In this document: piece by piece, positions 53,242 to 64,000 of the stretch | Numbering within the stretch: the first letter of the stretch is position 1 | How the letters are laid out: each line of letters starts with the position of its first letter | DNA from: Syncephalis fuscata S228 | Taxonomy: Eukaryota; Fungi; Zoopagomycota | Length of the DNA stretch: 64,000 bases | Assembly: GCA_025786725.1 (NCBI GenBank) | Contig: JAHLTZ010000010.1 | Location: forward strand, 434,001 to 498,000 | Reading direction: 5' to 3' | Notes under the pieces: generated by a model | The model's input: the letters and a program-made list of their open reading frames with translations, nothing else | Told to the model about the DNA's origin: nothing | The model's database searches: none | Position numbers and translations under genes: made by a program

Positions 53242-54460
53242 TTATTTACTATTAATACGTAAAAGAACCTGTTCTGGAGTAGGACGTTTTCTGTAGTCAA
53301 ATACCATTAGCTCATTTACTTGATTAATAAGATTTTCTAAAAGAATTTCAGTATACGATTCTTCAAACATAGGATAAAGCATGCGTTTAAAGTTGTTTTC
53401 TCTAAGAGTCTTCATACAAGACTCTAGTTCTGCCAATGTGATTAATCCTTTGTTGAAAAAGCCAACAAATGGTTTTCTACCCGACACTGCTTCATAAAAC
53501 GTTGCACCTGCAGACCACGAGTCATATAGGCGTGGGTCAGCAGGAGTATTCGTAAACGACTCGGGAGGTCGGTAGATAATAGTGCCTACGTTGGCCAGTT
53601 CTGTTTTTTTGCTTTGCGGATCGGTGGCCAAAAGTTTTGCATGATCGAAATCGATAATCATAACTTGAATACCCCACCATAGTCCCCAATCTCTTACGAT
53701 GACATCTAAATCATAAATTAATAAAGCAAGCATATTATTATAGTTTACAGCATACTTTGAGGTTTAATATCGTTATGAGCCAGCCCAATGCGATGTAAGT
53801 AGGCTATGCCTAGTGCATGGATCAGTTAGCAGTTATGCGGCAATGGTTTACAAGTGTTTACCTTCTAAGATTTGTTTGAAAATAATTGGTAGTTGCTTCT
53901 GCTTTCTTTCTATTGACATATTGCTGGTATAGGCATCTAACGTTTTGCCTCCAATGTCTTCAAGGATAAAGCAATGACAGTTATCATCAATCTTAAAATC
54001 AGTAAAAAGGCTGACAATATATTTCTGGCCAGTTTTATCGTTTACGTTTTTTCCTTTTTGCACAAGAGTCTAGAAATGCAACGGTTAGCATCTAATAGCA
54101 TGTGGCAGTCTAATTATACGTACATTGAATGCAAGTTGTTCGGCTTCAATGTGCCTAGGCTCAGTTATGCATTTTGCCACTGCAGGCTTTTTACCGTAAT
54201 TTGTTCTAGCAACAAACACTTTTTCGTTGGAGTGAATGATATCGTTGGTAATAAATTTATGTTGGGCAAGTTTTTTTGGGAAATCGTAAGTTATCTTGTT
54301 ATCTGGTAATAGTTAAAATTATCAATATTGAATTTACAAAGTATAAACATGCTCTGCTACCTGGTTTGTTGGCGGGTATTGCTGTAACGTTTTTTATACC
54401 TATAATAAGTGCTATAACTTGGCACAATAGTAGACAAATTATTCTAGTGCTGGCTAACAT
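53242..54460 (-). CDS. Atypical Ser/Thr protein kinase with predicted signal peptide
   Basis: Exon 1 MLASTRIICLLLCQVIALIIGIKNVTAIPANKP; AVAK, spliced AHNDIKPQN, IIDFDHA, GTIIYRPPE, DSWSAG, KRPT. Confidence 0.82.
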
Positions 54461-57400
54461 TATGTATCTGAAGTTTTAATGGGAAGATAATGAAGTGAAC
54501 TGTAGAAATGTTGAAACTTAAATGAAAGCGGTTAATGCCGAATAAACAAAAAAGAGGTTCATTTCTATTTATAAATAATAGTAACGTTGTTTCAGTATAC
54601 TACTATTTAGTATAGATTTGAATAGCCGACCGGTTTTTGAAGCCGGTCCACGTGGTATTATTTTAATAAATTAGGACACTAATTGGCAGTATTCTGATAA
54701 GAATTCTGATACTTTCTACTTGCTATTTTAGTAATATTGCCAATTTTAATATTTCAAATAACATGTTTAATTGGACTACATAAATTCAAATTGATGCAAA
54801 TTAAAAATATGATTATGGCTACTGTATTTGTCGATAATGTTGATGAACATTGCTACAGTTTTAGAAAGTAATATTTCAAGTAGGTGGTTAATTAGAGAAA
54901 GAGAAAAGGAAAGGTAGCATCAGCTTATTTAAAATAAAAAGATGGATTATTAAAGTAACCAAAGTAACTAGGGCTTTTGCTTTGAACACAGCCACTATCA
55001 GTAAATTGACGCCATATATTTAATTTTAATAATTTGACAAATTTAATAATAAAGGCTGGAGTAAAAAAACAGAATCACCTTTATTATCATTATCATTATT
55101 CATTTTATTGGCTAATTTTTAGTAGCATAGAGTCCTAAAAATAGTTTTATACTTTAAAAATATCGTTACATAGGTTGTCGAAATGCTAGTTAACAAAAAT
55201 TAAGACCTCGTCAATTTATGATGTGCTAATGTTTAAGCAAATAAAAATAAAACAATACTGGCATAAAAAGCAATGCTTTATTAAAAGATAAGCAATCGTG
55301 TGCTTATTGAGCCTATACTACTCGTGTATTCTAGATATAGAAATATCGTGTACATTGAGACCCAATGGCCATTCGGGCTTTTAATTTAGTTTACAACAAT
55401 GCAACTAGTAACATCATAACAACATGCTTGTCAATAGATAATGCAGCAACAGTTTAAAAATTTCGACCAACCATACATTGATGTCCAGTCTTGGATGGTT
55501 AAAACGTGTTATTTGCACATTGCTGGCCTATCAATAGCAAGGGCAGAGGATTTACGTCAAACGGTTGGCTTGGTAGTGCTACAAGCAAAAGTGCAGGCTG
55601 CATTGTTTTGCAGATTATAGCCATCAATCTGCCAACACAAGCTGTGAGAGAATTTAAGCAGATTAAATGGTAAAGTTACTTGTGCTGCATATGCAAATCG
55701 ACCAATGACAAACAGCTTTGTTGCACAAACATTAAATAGAAGCTGGAGCTGCAGTATTTATTTACATATATTTCGATAAAAACGGCATAAAAAGTAACAC
55801 CGCAAGCACCATGGTATTCCAAGAAAATTTGATAAATAAATACGATACACGAGCGAGTGCTACCATCCTGTGGATAGCGTGTAAATACTGGAGTGCGATT
55901 TGCGGGATCGATGTGTTGCCAGCGCGTGCTTGTCCTACACACATGTACTGTTGTCTACAATCCGCGGCAGCAGTGCAGCTATGACGAAATAAATATAGCA
56001 GCAGAATCCGCAGGGAAGGCGTGTACCACCAAAGGACAATGTTGTGGGACAAGAGGCGGCGTTTCTTCTTTTTTGACCATTAACTCAGTGCCAGCGTGTG
56101 CTAGTCTGATACTTAAAGTTATGTAGCGCCAAAAGACTATTTTTGAAGACGAGGAAGCGGCCTAGATTCGCACTCTTTGCATTGTGGTAGCAGCAAGTTT
56201 GGCATTGGTGGCAGTCGAGTGAGCACATCTCCGTGTGTGAACTGTTGGGGCATTCTTTATTTTTGGTGCAACCTCATCTGCTGTATTTGCGAGCAGCATG
56301 TCGGTCCTATCTTACAGCGAACCGACGACCTGTAGGTAGTTGACCCGCCGCAAAATAGAATAGACATGCATCTTACCATGCGCACACATGAAACCATCGG
56401 ACGTTTGTCGAGCGCTACAGGAAAGGCGCGGCAGGACAAGTATGCAAGCTGCTCTGCATAATAGTTGATATAAGCGTCCACATGGTCAAGTTGGCTGTCT
56501 ACGTCATACGGTCACCTACTAGCTTCGTAAGCGATTTGAATTGCTAGACGAGCTTGTATATTTCTAAGCAGTCGCTACAACATAGACTGACTGGCAAGTA
56601 CTCAACGACTACATAGCCCAATTCGTTCTTTGCCTATTCGGAAAGACCCCTTTCGACTTTCGTTTCGTCTGTGTGACTCTCTAAATGCATTAGCATCGTC
56701 ACTGTCGTTCAGTGTGTTCGGCCATCACTTTAGCCTCTTTTTCTTTCTTTCTTTCTTTCTTTTTTATTGTGAGCTACGAATTATATTTATATCTTGTATT
56801 TACCTGGTCTTTTCTAACCAATCCACCGACACCGCTAGTCGACCATCCTACCATTTGTTCCTTGTCTACGAATTATCAATTAAAATCGCATCTCGCAGCT
56901 TACTGTTGCTGCCCATCCACACGTACTGTCTTTAAAACGACACCATACTTCTATCTTCTCCGTAGCCTCGGTCCTGTCCATTCTTTTACTGTTATATTCT
57001 TTACTAAAAAAGTCCACACGACAACCCACCCAACACACATCTATCATCCAGCACTACTTATTGTATATCAGTGTTGAATTGTCTTTTATTGGTTGTAATT
57101 ACAAAAAATAGCAACAATAACCAACCACCGCAACAACCATTTATTTCGTAGCAAACAGATCATTGTCGCTATTTTAGTTATTGCTAATTCTTCTTTAAGC
57201 AACTCGGCATTATTCATACTCCGCAGCTTGCTATACATTCGCCGTATCCTTTGACTTCACCGACTTTTGCCCTTTGTATCTTGCTGTCGCTGGACCGCCT
57301 TTGATTGTCGTCATACCCCGCACTTATTCGTTGTCTTTATCCGCCCACCCATCCACACATTATCCACGCACACATCGACTTGCCGCCCACCACGCGCGCA

Positions 57401-58598
57401 ATTCTGTTTTTTACATCGATAACTGCCATATAACAGTAATAGCAACGGTCAAACAACACAAATCAACCGGTTTGACCACAAAACTCGTTTGTACACCCGT
57501 ATTTTACGGTAAGTAAACTTGCTGCTTTACTTGATGTAGTAAAAACATCTATGTAGCATCTACATACTGCATGAATCACCGAGCGAATCTGCATGTTGTT
57601 ATAGAAGCGGATTTAGACAGTCCCATTTTATTCAGTTTCACACCGACTCAGTTTATTGTTTATTGGTCTTTGATATTTCCCACTGTCGGTGTACTTTTTA
57701 GGCGACCCCCTTTTCTGTATTTGCGATCCAATTTATTGTAACTTTTACTTTTATTCTCATTCCAACTTGAGCATCACCTTTTGCAACTAACTCCACTACT
57801 TCTACTACTACATTCACCACTTTACTGTTGCTTCTATCTCTATTACCATTTGATTGTATCGTTAAAACAACACTAGCACTACTATCAACCATAACAGTCG
57901 CGATAGTGCAAGACGCTATCATTGTTTCATTTTATCTCTGCTCTCTGCTCTCCCTCTCCCTCTACTGGTTGTCAATCACGCTATTTTTATCGCTATTCCA
58001 CCTTTGTCAACATTGCAATCCTCTTTCTTCTCTTCATTATCCATTTCAAGTGTAAGCGACCGTGGTCTAGGAAACGGGACAGTACTTTGAATCTTGTTGG
58101 TTGACCGACATCTCTCTTCTTTTCTCTTCCTTCCTTCTCTCGCTCAATTTCTGTTCGTGCAGTTTTGTTCTTGTAACCAGCGGCACATCTTGGCCTCATC
58201 TGCTTGTGACTCATTGCAAAATAGCCTTTGCGTATTACGTCAAGTATTACTACAAGGACGGCAACGCTTACATTCACTTTATAATATCGGTCTCGCTGCA
58301 TTGTGTATATTCTTTGGCTTATTACAAAACTGTGCTACTTTTTATTTGATATTTTCATTTAACGGGACGGCTATTGAACTGTTGGTCTACTATATTTGTA
58401 TATCATTATAGCAACGAGCCAACACACTAACTGTTGCGTCTAGTTAAAACGCAGTCTATATCTGATATATTTGCTTGGTATAAACTTTAAACGCTCACAT
58501 TGCATCTAGTTTATCACACTGTGTTTCTACACACCTCAGCTGTCATTTATCTACTCGCCTTTAGCACTGCATCTGCACGGCTTTAAATATTAGTCGGT

Positions 58599-60233
58599 AT
58601 GAATCACGTTAGCGAACGACTTACAGAACTGGACAATAACCCGCTTAGTTTTCGTCTTTCAAATCCCACCTTATACTATCTTCAACAACAACAACAGCAA
58701 CAACAGCCGTCTTTTGATAATAGTGTATCGAAATTTGGTATATCTGTTGAGTCTTTCAGTCACGCCACTAGTACTGATATTGGTTTTTCAGAGTCGATGA
58801 GCGATATGCTTTCAGCAGCTTCTTCTCCCGATTTAGTCCCACAAGGTGTACACAACCTTAATACAATCGATCCTACGCTACTTCAACTTAACGGAATGGA
58901 CAGGCTGAGCATGTCACCTCCGGTAAAATATGAAATGGTGTCACCTGAATTACACGCTATGGATTTCAATCGACAACATGCGGTGGCTGCTGCAATGGCC
59001 GCTGCCGCCGCCGCCAATGGAATTAGCTCGCCCTTGATGGGTCCAGCTTCCTTTGACGACGATCTAGCGTTGAATATGGGTGCATCGCCAACTTCAGCCA
59101 GTTTTCTATCAATGCAACAACAATTTGATCGAAGCATTGGCAGTGTGCCATTGGCGCACCAGAACAGCGGCAGTGTATTTGGCCACAATGACGGTGGTGG
59201 CACAAACGCGTCGAGCGGCGATGAGTTTTCTACTGATGGACGCGATACAAACTTTGGATTTTCTGGGTTGCCTAGCAGCAATGCCTCAGTCCCACCTATG
59301 GATGTTAAAACAGCCACGAACGGTGGCCGCTATCTTCGATATGCAGCCGGCTCTGTTGTTGGTGTGCCTATTGCCGGTGCACCAGCCGGTGCCAGTATTA
59401 TTGGCGGGCCAGGTGGTAATTTCCAAAGTATGTCCATGCCTGTTAATCTAGGTATGGGTACTGGTGCAGCCGGTATTAATGGTAATACCGACTGGTTTGG
59501 CTCACCTACTACAGCAGCAGCAGCAGCAGCCACCGCAGCAGTTTCTGGCTTGGATGTCGGCTCATTCCCTGGCATGCATACTGGAAATACGATGTCATTT
59601 GGCGCAGCTAATGGTGGCAGCGGACCAGCCAGCGGACCAGCAAGTGCTGGTGAACTTTCGTTGATCAATTCAATGTTTGATCCGGAAGATATTAAAAACG
59701 CACATAAACAAGCCCAATTAATGTACGAAAAGCGTCGCCGTCGCCGTGAAAGTCACAATGCGGTAGAACGACGCCGCCGCGACAATATTAATGAAAAGAT
59801 TCAAGAATTAGCCATTTTATTGCCGGATTGTAATGCAGATCCGAACAATAAGCCAAACAAAGGTGCTATTCTACGTAAATCTGTTGATTATATTCGCCGT
59901 GTCCAACAGGTGATGCATCAACAGAACCAACGCAACCAAGAACTCGAAGCACTAGTGGCTCAATTGCAGCGTGAACGTGGCATGTCACCTACCAATACTG
60001 GTGGATCTGTTGTGGCCGCTGCCACAAGTAATGGTATTGGTACAACCAATGCCATTCCTATTCCTAGCATGTCCACCTCCTCGTCTACTGTATCGGCAGC
60101 CATTCTAACCTCAATGGGAATGGCACCTATGGCCATGTCACTGACGATGGTAGCTCCAGGTACACCGCTTTCTACCTCCTCACCTAGTATTACTGCCGAT
60201 CCAGTATCGGTAACGGCATCTCGCTCCTCTTAA
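58599..60233 (+). CDS. bHLH-zip transcription factor (Rtg3/MiT-TFE-like)
   Basis: KRRRRRESHNAVERRRRDNINEKIQEL..KPNKGAILRKSVDYIR followed by a coiled coil; low-complexity flanks. Confidence 0.88.
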   Translation: MNHVSERLTELDNNPLSFRLSNPTLYYLQQQQQQQQPSFDNSVSKFGISVESFSHATSTDIGFSESMSDMLSAASSPDLVPQGVHNLNTIDPTLLQLNGMDRLSMSPPVKYEMVSPELHAMDFNRQHAVAAAMAAAAAANGISSPLMGPASFDDDLALNMGASPTSASFLSMQQQFDRSIGSVPLAHQNSGSVFGHNDGGGTNASSGDEFSTDGRDTNFGFSGLPSSNASVPPMDVKTATNGGRYLRYAAGSVVGVPIAGAPAGASIIGGPGGNFQSMSMPVNLGMGTGAAGINGNTDWFGSPTTAAAAAATAAVSGLDVGSFPGMHTGNTMSFGAANGGSGPASGPASAGELSLINSMFDPEDIKNAHKQAQLMYEKRRRRRESHNAVERRRRDNINEKIQELAILLPDCNADPNNKPNKGAILRKSVDYIRRVQQVMHQQNQRNQELEALVAQLQRERGMSPTNTGGSVVAAATSNGIGTTNAIPIPSMSTSSSTVSAAILTSMGMAPMAMSLTMVAPGTPLSTSSPSITADPVSVTASRSS

Positions 60234-61564
60234 ACATACATAGTGTGTCTACACTAGTGTGTATGTTTATGTGCTAACGTGTTGGATGATAGATATAAGC
60301 GATATGGTTATTTCCTTAGTTATGCTAGTAAGTTGGTTAAAGCTATAGCTATTTACAAGTATTGGATGCTCCCTTGGCCGACATCCAGTCATATAGTAGT
60401 TGTAGTTATAGCTTCAACCAACTTACTTTCCATCGCTTCTTTGATTCTTTTTACATAACGTCTGGCAATCTATTTGGTCTATCTTGTTTTCATTTGTCTG
60501 TACCTTTCACTTTTGTTGTCGTCATTGCCATCGCTACTATTACCATTATTATCTCCTTCGCTACCACCACCATCATATTATTTACCTTTATCGCCTCTAT
60601 TATTGCTATTACCATGCTTATTACTACTTACTACTATTATTTAGTTTACAGTTCGAATACGTGCCTTTCACTTTTCTTCAGTTATTGTGCTCTCTTATGT
60701 CGTTATTCTTAATGCTTATCCGTCACTTTCTATCTACGTCGAGCATGATATATTCATATGTTCACCTTTGATCATTCCCTTTAGTTCTATTGCAGTTTTT
60801 TGTGAAGCACACGCTATCTTTATTTTAACGAAGCTCTCTTCATTATATTTTACAAGTTTTAAACAATCATCATTTGATTTAGCTGCCTCTGGGTGATATG
60901 TATACTATATACAACATGCCTGAATACACATAATGTGGTGGCCATTAAAAAGTTGAATAAAGCCGTTATTTTTCGAAATATTAATCTATAACAATTAGTT
61001 ATACCGAGTATAACTATATTTATACACTCTATTTAATTAATACTATTTGTGTAACTGAACTGAACTAAAATTGCTATATTGATCATAGGACAAGTGGTGA
61101 ATAACATCAAATAATAAAATTACATGGTTTAATTATCAACCATATTTTATTTTTTGTTTTCTATTTTTATCTAATAAAGTATTGCGATAACACCAAAAAA
61201 ACAACAACTAGTTATTAGTATCATCCGTAACATCACATTATTATACAACAAAAACTGAGTTGTTTGCTAAAATATAAATGTTGCAAAACGAGATTGTTCT
61301 TAAATTTTTAAAAATTGCCTAAAGATTGTGTAATAAGTATTAACAATTAGTATGCACAACGACGCAAAATAGGACTTATTTATCACTGTACTGCATGTAA
61401 AATATGCGTGATAGCTATTTTAAAATCTAAATAAATGGTAGTTCTAAAATAATACACTAATCAGCAAAGTTGCGTCATTTAATCTAATAAACATTTACAA
61501 GATTGTAAACTACAGCATTTTATCATTACTATCGCACTAAATTATAATTCATTGGAATTAAAAA

Positions 61565-62116
61565 TTACAGTTTTAGCTGAAGCTCAAACCAAGGATCAGG
61601 TCCATGGATAATATCAGATTGACCAAGTAAAGTGTAGCCGACTTTCTCGTATAGTGGGATTAGTTCTTTGTGTGCTATTAACGCTATTTTTTCGTAGCGA
61701 TTTTGGTTGCTATTAGACACAAGCGAGAATTTAGCATTTGCTTGTCGTAAACGATGTTCATATTCACGTAGCAAAGCAAGCGCAATTCCTTTTCGTCGAT
61801 GTGTGGGCGCCACGCATACTGAGTGTACACATACCGTCTTGCCCAGTGGATCGTGTTTGGTCATTGAATTTTCAGTTATGCTGGGAGCTGCCGCTAGTGT
61901 AGATGTTATAAAGCCTACAAGGGAGTCAGCCTTTACGGAATAGGCGCCGTCATCCGCAGTAGTTGTGTAAGCGCCGAGAAATAGCTCCGGCGCATGTGCT
62001 TGCCTATAAACTAACGTTTCTAATGAAGCTCCTTCAGAAAGTGGATATCCTTTACATTCCAAGTCGTACGCTTGAGCAACATCCGTTACCAGTCCAAATT
62101 CCAAGTTTTTTTCCAT
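61565..62116 (-). CDS. GNAT acetyltransferase (Paa1/AANAT-like polyamine N-acetyltransferase)
   Basis: LECKGYPLSEGASLE, VCVHSVCVAPTHRRKGIA (acetyl-CoA motif), IALIAHKELIPLYEKVGY, HGPDPW. Confidence 0.85.
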   Translation of the reverse strand: MEKNLEFGLVTDVAQAYDLECKGYPLSEGASLETLVYRQAHAPELFLGAYTTTADDGAYSVKADSLVGFITSTLAAAPSITENSMTKHDPLGKTVCVHSVCVAPTHRRKGIALALLREYEHRLRQANAKFSLVSNSNQNRYEKIALIAHKELIPLYEKVGYTLLGQSDIIHGPDPWFELQLKL

Positions 62117-62732
62117 ATTAATCACTCAAGGTGTATTAGATATACAATTTTGGCAATTTGATAAAACATTAAATAGAAGTGTTGAGATTCCGTTTAGAAT
62201 TTACACGTTGAAGTAAGAAGAAAAGCTAGGTTGCCAGACAAAAGGATTGAACATTAGAAACGTGGTGTGAGATTGGGTAAAACAAAAATTTCTCCCAAAA
62301 CCTGGCTGTACTAAACAGTACCTTACCCATTGTGTGCCAGGAGACGGATGCACGTATTGCGCCACTCAAATACAGCATCCCATTAATGTTACAAACAGCG
62401 GAGTTGCTTGATACTGTATTCGGTATACATCTACTATATAAATACACATGGCTATGTTTGTAACTTTGCATCCGTGGATTTGTATCAGAATCGCGTTGTT
62501 CTTAATATAGATTCAATGGAAATAGAAATAAATTATCAGCCATGTTTTTGTAACTTAAATAGCCATGGTGTACTTGGTTGTTTTGTGCTCAATCATTTTG
62601 TCTTCAATCCACTGGATCTGTAAGCGCCGCTGCTTATTCCTTTTTTTCAAATTAGAAGCAATAGTAACAATAGTTACTTTGCAGATTTTAGACCCACTAT
62701 TTACTAGTGGAATTATTGCTATCGTCTTTAGC

Positions 62733-64000
62733 ATGAAATTTTTACTTCATCAAACAGTATTTCTTGTTTTAGCCTTTCACGCTGGCGTGAATTGTGCACA
62801 AAATTCAATTAAAGCAGCACCGAAATCAACTACATCCACTGATCCAAGTGTAATACCCAATTCATACATATTTGAATTGGACAGCAAGACAACACCTGAA
62901 GCTATTAGAGCCGGTCAAGAAGCCTTTTTGAATTTACTTAAGCGAAAGAACATTGACTATAGTGTTACAGGACGACGAAAGATATTTCAAAATTTTATTG
63001 GACTTGATGTGGATGAGGAGTCGTTGAAAATTATTCGCAGTATGAACGTCGTAAAAAACGTTACGCCAGTCTATAAGATCGAGTCAGCCATTAATCTTCC
63101 CTTTATGAAAAAACAAGAACCTCTTTCCAATCCATATCTGGCTACCGATGCCCATAAGTTACATGAAAAAGGACTTAATGGTGCAGGAATTCGCGTGGCT
63201 GTTATCGATAGTGGTATTGATTTTACACATCCGAGTTTAGGCGGAGGTTTTGGACCAGGATACAAAGTCAGTTATGGACGTGATTATATAAAAGACAACT
63301 ATTCTGCGAAAACGGCAGCAAAGCTACCCAATTTACCCATGGATTGCACTAGCCACGGAACTCATGTGGCCGGAATTATCGCAGCAAAAGGCAAAGAGTT
63401 TACTGGCATTGCACCTAATGCAGAATTAGGTGCCTATCGCGTTTTTAATTGCAAAAACGAAGGAAATACGGTTTATACTATGGAAGCAATGGAAGACGCG
63501 TTCTCAGATGGATCAGATATTATTAGTCTTTCACTTTCTTTAAGTAGTATGAAATACGATGCATTGGCCACTACTGCTGTTAGCTTAATAGCTCATGGAG
63601 CAATTATTGTGGCGGCGGCAGGAAACTATGCTGCCCAGGGAATGTGGCATGTTGTTTCGCCTAGCATAGCACCAAATGTTATAGCGGTCGGCGCCGCGTA
63701 CACACCTGCCGATGAATCTAATTGGTTTACTCTTACTAAGTTGCCCGATTTCCGTATTACCTATAAGACAGCGTGCAACATCTTACCAAGAGAGCTTGGA
63801 TTTACAGAAATCGTGGCTACTGATCCTCAAACGCCATGTACACTGCCCGAAGCAGCCAAGCTTCGAAACAAGATTTTATTTTTTGATAACCATAATTGCG
63901 ATTTGCCGCAAATGGCCAGCAATGCTCGTATGGCTGGAGTAGCAGCTATTATGGTGCTTAAAACTCCATCTACACCTTCTGTATCCCAGCGCATTATTAA
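62733..64000 (+). CDS. Secreted S8 subtilisin-like protease, runs off the window end
   Basis: Signal peptide MKFLLHQTVFLVLAFHAGVNCA, prodomain, VAVIDSGIDFTHPSLGGGFGPGYKV (Asp), HGTHVAGII (His), AAAGN (oxyanion Asn). Absent from the ORF track, probably because no stop occurs before the window end. Confidence 0.9.
   Translation, partial: MKFLLHQTVFLVLAFHAGVNCAQNSIKAAPKSTTSTDPSVIPNSYIFELDSKTTPEAIRAGQEAFLNLLKRKNIDYSVTGRRKIFQNFIGLDVDEESLKIIRSMNVVKNVTPVYKIESAINLPFMKKQEPLSNPYLATDAHKLHEKGLNGAGIRVAVIDSGIDFTHPSLGGGFGPGYKVSYGRDYIKDNYSAKTAAKLPNLPMDCTSHGTHVAGIIAAKGKEFTGIAPNAELGAYRVFNCKNEGNTVYTMEAMEDAFSDGSDIISLSLSLSSMKYDALATTAVSLIAHGAIIVAAAGNYAAQGMWHVVSPSIAPNVIAVGAAYTPADESNWFTLTKLPDFRITYKTACNILPRELGFTEIVATDPQTPCTLPEAAKLRNKILFFDNHNCDLPQMASNARMAGVAAIMVLKTPSTPSVSQRII

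Noticed and set aside
58883-60896. Antisense and downstream ORFs around the bHLH gene
   Set aside because: Shadow frames of a GC-richer CDS and low-complexity 3' UTR sequence

Overview
AT-rich, intron-rich eukaryotic DNA with short (~45-95 nt) GT-AG introns. Gene content points to an early-diverging fungus, possibly a Zoopagales mycoparasite such as Syncephalis (inference, not confirmed). Housekeeping genes: RMD5/GID2, PUF6, ankyrin protein, glutaredoxin, glycogen synthase, PPN1, a focadhesin-like ARM protein, an Rtg3/MiT-like bHLH factor, a GNAT, tRNA-Met and tRNA-Leu. Accessory genes: secreted CAP protein, ABCC transporters, F-box-like family members, a signal-peptide kinase and a subtilisin. 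Two large adjacent inverted duplications span 9.1-35.0 kb. One is a 6.6 kb palindrome carrying twin CAP genes. The other is a pair of ABCC genes that are near-identical except for a diverged TMD1 block. The standout is 35.6-37.9 kb, which the ORF track misses. It looks like a degenerate ~81-bp satellite, but on the minus strand every unit reads acceptor TAG | 3-nt exon | donor GTAAGT-like. This predicts a gene with 27 micro-exons (26 of 3 nt, one of 2 nt as assembled) and 29 introns, with about one intron per codon, encoding a short hydrophobic peptide. Scattered single-base deletions in several genes suggest uncorrected long-read errors.
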